The notes under the pieces were generated by a model that saw only the letters and a list, made by a program, of their open reading frames with translations, made no database searches and had not been told where the DNA came from. This document shows positions 11,899 through 20,866 of a stretch of DNA of 64,000 bases, in pieces. This DNA is from Myxococcota bacterium (lineage in GTDB: Bacteria > Myxococcota_A > UBA9160 > UBA6930), in contig OZ245015.1 of NCBI GenBank assembly GCA_965223705.1, positions 1,184,001 to 1,248,000 on the forward strand, given 5' to 3'. Numbering within the stretch: position 1 is the first letter of the stretch; every line of letters begins with the position of its first letter. The position numbers and the translations under genes are program-made.

Positions 11899-12174
11899 TG
11901 CATTGCAGCCCTCGCGCGTCGAAAGGCACGCGATGCATCTGGCTGTATGCTGGGAAGTCTGAGTATCTGGTGGTACTCGCTCCGCATGGAGCAGTGATAA
12001 TCCATCCAGTGCAGACAATCAGCAGGGAAGTTCATCGAAACGGCGGTGAACCCCTCAGAGACTGTACGCCGGACATCCCTCGGGATGATGAGACAGTCCG
12101 TTCCTCATGGCGACATGAGGAGGTCGACAGAAATGATCGACCCGCTCCGCTTCGGCGGAGAGGTAACAGTAAAG
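11899..12174 (+). mobile_element. group I intron at 23S site equivalent to L1931 (276 nt), no ORF
   Basis: Inserted after AAGGT, ends in G before AGCGAAATT; core ATGCTGGGA, AATCAGCAGG, CAGAGACTGTACGCC, GAGACAGTCCG; P3 TCTGGC/GCCGGA. Confidence 0.93.
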
Positions 12175-12221
<47 letters not shown>

Positions 12222-12479
12222 CGACTTCCCCACTGTCTCAACCAGGGACTCAGCGAAAATGAATTGCCGGTGAAGATGCCGGCGACCCGCGGCAGGACGG
12301 AAAGACCCCGTGCACCTTTACTACAACTTCGCAGTGATCATCGATTTAGCACGTGTAGGATAGGTGGGAGGCTTTGAAGCCGGGACGCCAGTCTCGGTGG
12401 AGCCAACCTTGAAATACCACCCTTGTTGTGTTGCTGATCTAACCTAGGCCCGTTATCCGGGTCGGGGACATTGCGTGGT

Positions 12480-12526
<47 letters not shown>

Positions 12527-12667
12527 GCGAAGGTTCTCTCACGCTGATTGGAAACCAGCGGAAGAGTGCAAAGGCATAAGAGAGCCTGACTGCGAGACAG
12601 ACATGTCGAGCAGGTGGGAAACCAGGTCTTAGTGATCCGGTGGTTCCGTATGGAAGGGCCATCGCTT

Positions 12668-12700
<33 letters not shown>

Positions 12701-12707
12701 TATCTCT

Positions 12708-12769
<62 letters not shown>

Positions 12770-12779
12770 GTGGAGCAGC

Positions 12780-12813
<34 letters not shown>

Positions 12814-12829
12814 CACGCGAGCTGGGTTT

Positions 12830-12875
<46 letters not shown>

Positions 12876-12888
12876 GATTTGAAGGGAG

Positions 12889-12933
<45 letters not shown>

Positions 12934-12978
12934 CCGGTTGTTCCGCCAGGAGCACCGCCGGGTAGCCATGTTCGGATG

Positions 12979-13011
<33 letters not shown>

Positions 13012-13246
13012 CACCCTAAGATGAGATCTCCCTGGAACTTCGGTTCCCTGAAGGGCCGTCCGAGACGAGGACGTCGATAGGTCGGAGGTGGAAGCGCAGC
13101 AATGTGTGGAGCTGACCGATACTAATCGCCCGTGAGGCTTGACCAAAGCCTTTGCAGTCGGCGCGACCCATGAGATGAACGTGACCCAGAAAGCTATTTG
13201 GTTGATCAAAGACCGGCGGCACGAGCCGCGGTTTTGAACACGGTTT

Positions 13247-13363
13247 TCCCACCGTTCATAGAGCGGGGGCCACACCCGTTCCCATACCGAACACGGAAGT
13301 TAAGCCCCGCTTCGGCGATGGTACTGCCGGGTTTCCCGGTGGGAGAGTAGCGCGACGGTGGGA
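13247..13363 (+). rRNA. rrf: 5S rRNA
   Basis: CCCGTTCCCATACCGAACACGGAAGTTAAG, GATGGTACTG, GGGAGAGTAG; terminal stem TCCCACCGT/ACGGTGGGA. Confidence 0.96.
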
Positions 13364-13371
13364 TTTCTTTG

Positions 13372-13410
13372 ACGGCGTCAGGCCTCACGGCCTGGCGCCG
13401 TTTTGCGTTT
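13372..13410 (+). terminator. rho-independent terminator of the rrn operon
   Basis: Hairpin ACGGCGTCAGGCC-TCAC-GGCCTGGCGCCGT followed by TTTGCGTTT. Confidence 0.8.
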
Positions 13411-13442
13411 CCGGATGGGTGTAGACTCGGGGCGGAGGCGCC

Positions 13443-14660
13443 GTGGCAGATCACAACACCCTCGACGTCGCGATCATCGGAGCGGGTTTCGCGGGTCTGG
13501 CCTGCGCCGCACGCCTGCGCGCGTTGGGCATCAAAAACTTCGCAGTGTTCGAGCAAGGTTCGGGCGTCGGAGCGGCCTGGCGCAAACACTACGACCGAAT
13601 ACGACTCCACAGTCCGTTCCACGATCTCCCCGACGACGGAGGGTTGCGTCGACGCTACGGGTTGTTCCTCTCGCGCCGAGAACTCCTCGATTATTTCGAA
13701 GCGTACGCCGAGCATCACGCGTTGGCGCCGCACTTGCGCTTCGGGCAACGCGTCCGTCAGATTGCGAAAGAGCGAGAATCGTGGCGGCTCGAGACAGACG
13801 AAGCGGTGCACGAGGCGCGCTCGTTGGTTGTGGCCACGGCTTACAACCGAAAACCGATCGTTCCCGAACTACCGGGTCGCTCCGAATTCCCCGGCCAGGT
13901 GATTCATTCCGGCGCGTATCGCAATGCGGATCCGTACCGCGGTGCGCGGGCGCTGGTGATCGGGAGCGGCAACTCCGCCGCGGAAATCGCGCTCGATCTC
14001 TGCGAAGGCGGCGCCGCTTCGGCGGCACTGCTCATCCGCGCGCCGCGACATGTGCTGTCGCAGAAAGCGATGGGTCGCATGGCCAAGATCGCGCGCTTGC
14101 TGCGAATCGAACTCACGCCGAAGCACATCGCGCGTTCGCATGCGTACACCCGAACGCACCCCGAGTTTCGCGACAAGCTCCGCGAGAAGGACGCGTTCTT
14201 CGGGAAGTTCGCGATCGATCTTTCCGAGTACGGTCTCGAGCAACCCGAAGACGGTCCGGCCACCGAAATGTATTTCCGGGGCCGCGTGCCTTGGATGGAT
14301 CAAGGTACGGTCGCGGCCGTCCGCGATGGCCGAATCGAGGTCATCGATGCGAAGCGAGAGCCGCTCTCGAAGCTCACGCCGTCGGGCGTCGCCCTCGGTG
14401 GGAGAGTCCTGCCCTGCGATCTCGTCGTGTTGGGGACCGGCTTTGAGCCCGGCCTCGACGACTTGTTCGTCGACGCCGATCGACTGCTCTATTGGAACCC
14501 GGATATGGGACGGCGAATGCCGCACACCGACGGTCGCTCCCGATCGGTGCCCGAACCGACGCTGTTCTTCCCGGGCTTCGACTTGTCCGCGAACGGCGGT
14601 CTCAGCCTCGGTCTCTGGGGCGTCGAAGTCGCCGACGCGATCAGCAACGCCCGGGCCTAG
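13443..14660 (+). CDS. flavin-containing monooxygenase (FMO/CzcO-like)
   Basis: GAGFAG FAD motif, FPGQVIHSGAY (FxGxxxHxxxY) fingerprint, GSGNSA NADPH motif. Confidence 0.88.
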   Translation: MADHNTLDVAIIGAGFAGLACAARLRALGIKNFAVFEQGSGVGAAWRKHYDRIRLHSPFHDLPDDGGLRRRYGLFLSRRELLDYFEAYAEHHALAPHLRFGQRVRQIAKERESWRLETDEAVHEARSLVVATAYNRKPIVPELPGRSEFPGQVIHSGAYRNADPYRGARALVIGSGNSAAEIALDLCEGGAASAALLIRAPRHVLSQKAMGRMAKIARLLRIELTPKHIARSHAYTRTHPEFRDKLREKDAFFGKFAIDLSEYGLEQPEDGPATEMYFRGRVPWMDQGTVAAVRDGRIEVIDAKREPLSKLTPSGVALGGRVLPCDLVVLGTGFEPGLDDLFVDADRLLYWNPDMGRRMPHTDGRSRSVPEPTLFFPGFDLSANGGLSLGLWGVEVADAISNARA

Positions 14661-15636
14661 GCCCACTTCGCCGGCGCTGATACGCCGCCACGCCGAGTAG
14701 AGCGAACAAAAACAAAACCGCCGCGCCGGGTTCCGGAATGGCGGCTTCGACGAGCTTTTCTCCGACGATCTGATGGATCGCCGTAGTCGGGTGGACCGGG
14801 TCGAAGAACGCGAAGCCTTCGCACGTCGGCGGGCCTGCCGGGGGAGCCGAGCCGCTGAAAAGGCACGCGTCCGTGACGTTGATGCCACTCGGCAACCCGA
14901 AAGCCGTCGGATCGGCGCCGATGCCGTCTGAAATCGCGAGGACATCGACGAAGATCGCTTGCCCGCCGATCGCCGCCGCGATCTTGGCGTTGATCTCCTC
15001 GCTCGCAGCGCGGCCTTCGGCGCTCGCGGCCCCGCCGAGCGCGAGCGTTTCCGGAATGCCGCCGACGTCACCGACGCCGGCCACAATAATGTGCTGCGCG
15101 CCCGTGGTCTTGAGAGCCGACACGCTTGTCGCGATCGCGACGACTGCGTCGTCAATGACATCCTGCCGCGCGCTTCCGGTGAGCCCGCCTTGCACGATGT
15201 CACGGATGTCGTTCCCACCCGCATTGATCAGGTAAAGCGCTTGGGGATCGGAGACGCCCGAGACGTTCAGGGAGTAGGCGCCGACCTGGGCGACAAGATC
15301 GGGGATCAAGTCGACGTCCGCTCGCGCTCGCGCGCCGCCAAAAGCGTAGTTGTCGCCACCGGACAAGAAGCCTTGAGAATTCGTGCCCTCGACGAACTGG
15401 TTCAAGACGTCGCCCGAATGGATTCCGTTGGTAAAGCGACCCTGGAAGTAACCCGCGCTCGCCGGGGCGACATCCGGCCCCCCGGCCGCGAGCACCGACG
15501 CTTGGGTGTTGCCCTGATCGACGATGCTGTCTCCGAAGATGTACAGGTCGCTAAACGCGGCGGCCCCGAGCGGGGCGAAAACGACGAGGGCTACGAGAAC
15601 AAAGAGGATCCAGCGGCGGCTGTGGTGCCTCATCAT
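14641..15636 (-). CDS. SGNH/GDSL hydrolase with PEP-CTERM sorting signal
   Basis: Signal peptide, FGDSIVDQGN, GRFTNG, NYAFGGA, GGND, FFDPVHPT; C-terminal IPEP-hydrophobic helix-RRR. Confidence 0.88.
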   Translation of the reverse strand: MMRHHSRRWILFVLVALVVFAPLGAAAFSDLYIFGDSIVDQGNTQASVLAAGGPDVAPASAGYFQGRFTNGIHSGDVLNQFVEGTNSQGFLSGGDNYAFGGARARADVDLIPDLVAQVGAYSLNVSGVSDPQALYLINAGGNDIRDIVQGGLTGSARQDVIDDAVVAIATSVSALKTTGAQHIIVAGVGDVGGIPETLALGGAASAEGRAASEEINAKIAAAIGGQAIFVDVLAISDGIGADPTAFGLPSGINVTDACLFSGSAPPAGPPTCEGFAFFDPVHPTTAIHQIVGEKLVEAAIPEPGAAVLFLFALLGVAAYQRRRSGPRPGRC

Positions 15637-15726
15637 CGACCTCTTCGACGCGCACCCCCGAAACGCCTCGATGAGGTGATATTAACACGAGGCAACGGTC
15701 CGAGACTGACTCCGAGTCGGGCGAGG

Positions 15727-16701
15727 CTAGTTGCGAGCTAGGTCTCGACCGGCACCGAACTGCGCTCGGCAGTGGAGACCGCTCGGGATGGCGAGATCGG
15801 GATTCGCCAAGGTGAGCTCTACGTTGAACGTATCGCTCGTCGCATCAATGATCGGGTCGACCACATCGATTGTGGCTCGCAACCGCCGACGCAGGGGGGC
15901 TTCGGCCTCGATCTCGGCGCTCGCTCCCGGTTTGAGCGAGCCGTACAGGTGACTCGGCACGACGACGCGCACCCGCAGTGGGTCGAGGCGCACGATCTTG
16001 ACGATCGGAGCGTCGCCCACGCGCTCCCCTTCGAACTTGAGCTGTTCGACGACGACGCCGTCGATCGGGCTCGTGAGACGTCGCCGGTTCGCGTCCGCGT
16101 AAGCGCGTTGCAACTCGAGTTGGGCAATGCGACGTCGATCGCGCGCGAGTTCGAGTTCCAGCTCCGCGAGCTTCACATCGGTTTCCGCCTGGTCGCGCGC
16201 GTCCACTGAGATCGCACGCCCGGCAAACATCTCGCCGCTGCGCTCGTTCTGTCTCTGCTCGAGTTCGAGCTGCGCTTCGCGCGTACGCACTTCGCCGGTG
16301 GTTTGCGCGCGTGCTTTCGCGACGGCCACTTGCGCCCACTCGACGCTCGATTCGAGCTCGGCGATGACTTCACCGGCTTCGACGGGTTCGCCTCGGGTCA
16401 CGTATAGCGACGAGAGTACGCCTGGAACCGGAGCCCCCAATTCGACGACGCGATCGGGCTCGATCACACAGTCGAGGGCTTCGGCACCGAGCGGTGTATC
16501 GGGAAAGTCCGGGACAAACGGGGCGGGGTTGCGCGAAGAATCCGTTCCAACGGGCGGAAGCGTTGTCGAGACGGCAACGGAGACGTCGGTCGGCACTTCG
16601 CGGGGTTTCGCCTGTTCGACAATCGCCCAGGCCAGGCACAGCGCGAGGGTGGCCCCAACGACAGCGATTCGCTGGCCCATGGTGTCTTCGATCGGTCCCA
16701 A
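15727..16701 (-). CDS. HlyD/RND-type periplasmic adaptor (membrane fusion protein)
   Basis: N-terminal TM, lipoyl halves (APVPGVL..V..GE.V.AGE; SPIDGVV), coiled-coil hairpin, DPIIDATSDTF, PSGLHC. Confidence 0.85.
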   Translation of the reverse strand: MGPIEDTMGQRIAVVGATLALCLAWAIVEQAKPREVPTDVSVAVSTTLPPVGTDSSRNPAPFVPDFPDTPLGAEALDCVIEPDRVVELGAPVPGVLSSLYVTRGEPVEAGEVIAELESSVEWAQVAVAKARAQTTGEVRTREAQLELEQRQNERSGEMFAGRAISVDARDQAETDVKLAELELELARDRRRIAQLELQRAYADANRRRLTSPIDGVVVEQLKFEGERVGDAPIVKIVRLDPLRVRVVVPSHLYGSLKPGASAEIEAEAPLRRRLRATIDVVDPIIDATSDTFNVELTLANPDLAIPSGLHCRAQFGAGRDLARN

Positions 16702-16713
16702 AGAGGTCCTCGC

Positions 16714-18735
16714 CTACTCCGTACCACCCGCGAACGCGAACCGTTGCCGGCGGCCCTCCTCTTCGCGAAGGACCGCGTTTCGCTCGGCAGCGTGTCTTCT
16801 TTCAACGGCAACTTGGGCGTAAGAATTGAGCAGGGATCCGATCTTTGAGGTGAGTTTCAGCGCCGAGATCCCGCGAGAAGCCGCAATTCGCAGGATTGGC
16901 GGGGCGAAAACCTCCCGGAGCAGTCGGTCGTCCAACGACAGGAGAACCTCGTACCGGCCGGGATCCCCACGACGTCCGGAGCGGCCGGCCAGCTGACGGT
17001 CGATGCGCGCGGAATCCCCGCGACCCGTAGAGAGCACGAACAGTCCGCCGGTCTCGAGAACACCGTCGCCCAAGCGGATGTCGGTGCCGCGCCCAGCCAT
17101 GTTCGTCGCAACCGTCACGGCACCGGGTTGGCCGGCGACTCCGATAATGTCGGCTTCCTCGCGGTGAGTTGATGCGTTGAGGAGGCGGTGCGTCACACCG
17201 GCTTTCGCGAGCCAACGACTGACGGCGAGGGAAGCTTCGACAGTCTGGGTGCCGATGAGCAGCGGTTGCCCGGTCTTCCGCAGCTCCTTTACCCGAGCGA
17301 GAACCGCACGTTCTTGTTCGGCGCTGTTGCGGAACACGCGCTCGCCGAGGTGCACGCGCCGCACTGGACGCGCCGGCGGAACGCGGACGACCGCAAGCTC
17401 GTAGACCCTCGACAGCTCGCGCGCGACTTCGCGTGCCGTGCCTGTCATGCCTCCGAGTTGTCGGTAGCGCCGATAGAACTGTTGAAAACTGATGCGCGCG
17501 AGCGTCTCTTTGCCGGCGGTGGTTTCGCAGGATTCTTTGCACTCGATGAGCTGATGCAGACCGAGCTCCCACGATCGGTCGGGCAGTGCTCGTCCTGTGC
17601 GCGGATCGATGATCGAAACCCGACCCTCGTCGACCAAGTAGTCGATGTCGCGCCGGAAGAGGTGAAGCGCTGCCAGGGCCAAGTCAATGAGCTCACGCAC
17701 CGTTTGCGGGCGAAAATTCCGAAGCGCTGTTGAAGCGAGGTCCCGCGCGACCTCGGGTAGCGCCGCATCGAAAACCAGCGCGCGCTTTCCTTTTTCGTCG
17801 AGCTCGAAGTGCTCTCCTTCCCGCAACGAGCCCGCCAGTGCGAGGGCGGCCTCGTACGCCTCGCGGGTAAACCGATCGGGTCGTTCTTGGGAGAGGATCA
17901 ACGGTGTTCGCGCCTCGTCGATGAGCACGTGATCCGCTTCGTCGATGAGCGCGAAACACAGCCCCCGCAAGAGCGGCGCTTCGGCCGGTCCGCTTTCCCG
18001 CAAAGCCGCCATGGCGCGTTCCGCAGGCGTTCCGGCACCCGGAATCCGTCCGGCGGTCCGATCGCGCAAGTAATCGAACGCGAGCTGTTGGCCGGTCGTA
18101 TAGACGATCGCCTTGGCGTAGGCCGCGCGTCGGGCCCCTTCGTCGAAGTCATCCGCCGTGACGGAAGCCACTTCGAGCCCGAGTGCACCGTAGATCGGGC
18201 TCATCTCCTTCGCGTCGCGCGCAGCGAGGTAGTCGTTCGAGGTAATCACATGCACGGGACAGCCGGCGAGTGCGGCGGCACTGGCGGGCAACGTTGCCGA
18301 TAGGGTCTTGCCCTCGCCAGTTGCCATTTCTGCGATCCCGCCCCGGATCATGATCCAGCCGGCGAGGAGCTGGGTGTCGAGCGGGCGCAAACCCAGCGTG
18401 CGCTCTGCGACTTCTCGCGTGAGGGCGAAGCTGCGAATGAGAAGGGTTTGTTCAAAGCCGCGGCGATGGAGGGCCGCGCGGAGCTCGGTCGCTGCCGCCG
18501 TCAGCTCAGCGTCGCTCGCGTCGCGAAAGGCTTCTCCGGCGGCGCCGATCGCTCGCACGACGTCGTCTAGCGCGCGGCGTTGAAAGCGCCTGGCGCGACG
18601 GCGCGCGGCGAGCATCCGCCCGATGCGGTGATCGAAGCCCCGCTCGATGCGCTCACGGTTCTCCGGGTAGGGATCGCTCCGCGTCGGCCTCGGAGCCTGC
18701 TCCCCGCGCTCTTTCGTCGCCCCGTGGCTAGACAC
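16714..18735 (-). CDS. SecA paralogue (short, ~673 aa; DEAD motor)
   Basis: EMATGEGKT Walker A, VITSNDYLAARDA, IDEADHVLIDEARTPL, GMTGTA, ATNMAGRGTDI, RIDRQLAGRSGRRGDPG; GTG start overlaps the upstream stop. Confidence 0.9.
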   Translation of the reverse strand: MSSHGATKERGEQAPRPTRSDPYPENRERIERGFDHRIGRMLAARRRARRFQRRALDDVVRAIGAAGEAFRDASDAELTAAATELRAALHRRGFEQTLLIRSFALTREVAERTLGLRPLDTQLLAGWIMIRGGIAEMATGEGKTLSATLPASAAALAGCPVHVITSNDYLAARDAKEMSPIYGALGLEVASVTADDFDEGARRAAYAKAIVYTTGQQLAFDYLRDRTAGRIPGAGTPAERAMAALRESGPAEAPLLRGLCFALIDEADHVLIDEARTPLILSQERPDRFTREAYEAALALAGSLREGEHFELDEKGKRALVFDAALPEVARDLASTALRNFRPQTVRELIDLALAALHLFRRDIDYLVDEGRVSIIDPRTGRALPDRSWELGLHQLIECKESCETTAGKETLARISFQQFYRRYRQLGGMTGTAREVARELSRVYELAVVRVPPARPVRRVHLGERVFRNSAEQERAVLARVKELRKTGQPLLIGTQTVEASLAVSRWLAKAGVTHRLLNASTHREEADIIGVAGQPGAVTVATNMAGRGTDIRLGDGVLETGGLFVLSTGRGDSARIDRQLAGRSGRRGDPGRYEVLLSLDDRLLREVFAPPILRIAASRGISALKLTSKIGSLLNSYAQVAVERRHAAERNAVLREEEGRRQRFAFAGGTE

Positions 18736-20866
18736 CGAGTCGATCCAGCAGCAAGCGCCGGAGGCCACGCGCGACGCGCACGGCCAGAGCCTCACGCCCG
18801 TGGTCGAACAAGACGTATACCCGGCTGCCGATCTCCGCGTGAGCGGGCGAGATGGCGAGAACCAGGTCGAGCTGAAAAACGCGGTCGAGCGTTTGCAGCG
18901 CGTCGGGATCATCGGGGTCGACGGGGAAACGGCCGCCGCCCTCGCTTCCCAGCGCGCGCGTCGGCAACCGGTAGGACGCGGCGGGGACTTCGCGCTTGAG
19001 CGCCGCATCGTACGTCTCGGAAAGATCTGTCGCGAACCGCACGCGAATGCGATCCGCGCGCTCCCGGACCATCGCGATTTCGTCCTGAGACACGACCACG
19101 CGAACGGTGGGCGTATTTTCGTCGGTGACGAACCCGATGACATCGCCCTTACGCAACAAGCGCCCGGATAGATCGCGACTTCCCGGGAGGACGAGGTTGC
19201 CCGATTCGGGGCTCTTCACACTGAGCGACGCGACGTCTTTTTCGACCCGTCGCAGCTTCTCTTCAGCGGCTTCGATTTCATCGTCGATCTGGCGAACCCG
19301 AAGCGGGTCGGACTGCAAGGCGGCTGAGCGCTCGGCGTGGAGCACGCGGAGCTCGGCTTGCGCGACCGTGAGTCGCGCCGTCAAGAGCGGATCCTCGGTC
19401 TCGATCACGGTTTCAAACTTCTCGACCTTGGAGCCGTCGAGCCTCTGGAAGAACCGGACGAAGCCGTCCGTATTCACGCGAATCTCCCGCCCCGGCGGCG
19501 CCCAGACAACTCCTTCGGCGCGCGTCATGTTCGGCACCGGGAACACGCACACCAAGGTGATGAGGCCGCCGGCCACGGCGGCCGCAGTCGTGACGGCGCG
19601 CGTCCGGCGATGCATGAGTTCGGGGCTTGTCGCGAGATATCGGACCACGCGAGCCGCGGGGAGGCCGAATTGTTGGACACCGAAGTAGAGGACGAGCAGG
19701 ACGCCGGCCGTGACCCACACCTCGCCGACGATGATCGCGATCGCCGTCAGGATCGAGATTCGGTAGAGGAAGGACAACAGACCGTAGGCCGCGAGCCAGC
19801 CTTCCTCGTCGGGTGCGTCCGCCGGGCTCTCGCTCTCGCGAAGTTGGAGGATCCAACGCTTCGCCAAGTAGACCCAGTACCGGCTCGAGCGCTGTCCGAG
19901 GTTCGGAATGCCGATGAGATCGGTGAGGACGTAGTAGCCGTCGTAACGCAGGAGTGGATTCGCATTGAACACGACGGTCGAAGCCGCACCGAGCCAAACG
20001 AGCTGCCAAGCAAAGGTCCGGAGACCGCCCGGCTCGAGCGAAAGCCAGAGAAACAGAGCGGCGGAAGAGATGAGGACTTCGACGGCAATACCGGCGGCGG
20101 CAACGGCGACGCGTTTTCGCCGACTCGGAAACACGGCCGACGCCGACGCGTCGACGTACGGCATCGGGAACAGGGCGAGGAGCATCACACCCGCTTCGTG
20201 GACCGCACCACCGAAATAGCGTGCGACCAACCCGTGACCGAGCTCGTGGAAGAGCTTGAGCAGGAGATACGCCAGCACCAGGGCGGGGAGGTTTTCCGCC
20301 GCCAAAATGCGCTCGCTCGTCGCGTGGGTGAGATCCTGCCAGTGCATCATGGCGGCGACGGCCGCGAACGCGATCAGTGCGGCGGCAGCCAACATCGGTA
20401 GCGGACGACACACGACGCGCGCGATGGGCAACAGGCGAACGAGTAGGGCGTCGGGATCCACGAGCGGAATCCGGATCGCCAACGGGTTCGTGCGTTCCTT
20501 CCGACGTTTCGTCCTCTGCTTCTGGAATCGCTCACTGAGCTCGTCCCCTGCGTGGGTCTCCGCGCGACGCAGGAGTTCCGCGCCGTCGAGCCGCGCGAGA
20601 AGGTCGATCGTCTGATCTTGCGTCGGAGTGCGATCCCCGAGCTCGGCTTCTGCCTCGCGGTAGATCTCGTCGAGCGTCCGGCGACCGTCAAAGCACCGAA
20701 TGATGGGATGGGCTTCCGCCGGGTAGCGGTGATGTCGGCCGCTTAGCGTGTCTTCGAGGACATACCAGTCTCGGCCCCGCACGGGTTGGCGAATACTCCG
20801 TACGTGACTTCGGAGCTCTGGGCGCAGGTTGGCCACCCGGTACCAATCCGCGGAGTGTTGTTTCAC
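18728..20866 (-). CDS. peptidase M50 (site-2 protease) fused to a C-terminal HlyD-like adaptor domain
   Basis: HELGH zinc motif, NANPLLRYDG, multiple TMs, C-terminal lipoyl/coiled-coil region; GTGA overlap with the upstream gene. Confidence 0.87.
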   Translation of the reverse strand: MKQHSADWYRVANLRPELRSHVRSIRQPVRGRDWYVLEDTLSGRHHRYPAEAHPIIRCFDGRRTLDEIYREAEAELGDRTPTQDQTIDLLARLDGAELLRRAETHAGDELSERFQKQRTKRRKERTNPLAIRIPLVDPDALLVRLLPIARVVCRPLPMLAAAALIAFAAVAAMMHWQDLTHATSERILAAENLPALVLAYLLLKLFHELGHGLVARYFGGAVHEAGVMLLALFPMPYVDASASAVFPSRRKRVAVAAAGIAVEVLISSAALFLWLSLEPGGLRTFAWQLVWLGAASTVVFNANPLLRYDGYYVLTDLIGIPNLGQRSSRYWVYLAKRWILQLRESESPADAPDEEGWLAAYGLLSFLYRISILTAIAIIVGEVWVTAGVLLVLYFGVQQFGLPAARVVRYLATSPELMHRRTRAVTTAAAVAGGLITLVCVFPVPNMTRAEGVVWAPPGREIRVNTDGFVRFFQRLDGSKVEKFETVIETEDPLLTARLTVAQAELRVLHAERSAALQSDPLRVRQIDDEIEAAEEKLRRVEKDVASLSVKSPESGNLVLPGSRDLSGRLLRKGDVIGFVTDENTPTVRVVVSQDEIAMVRERADRIRVRFATDLSETYDAALKREVPAASYRLPTRALGSEGGGRFPVDPDDPDALQTLDRVFQLDLVLAISPAHAEIGSRVYVLFDHGREALAVRVARGLRRLLLDRLGV

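Noticed and set aside
13443..14660. FMO as a YUCCA-type indole-pyruvate enzyme linked to scyAC
   Set aside because: It is over 40 kb away and has only generic FMO motifs, so there is no evidence of linkage
14641..15636. GDSL hydrolase as cargo of the SecA/M50/TolC locus
   Set aside because: It has its own Sec signal and PEP-CTERM (exosortase) signal and is separated by a 90-bp gap
18736..19143. 809-aa version of the SecA paralogue
   Set aside because: The extension overlaps the M50 gene by ~400 bp with non-SecA sequence; GTG 18735 gives a normal coupled start
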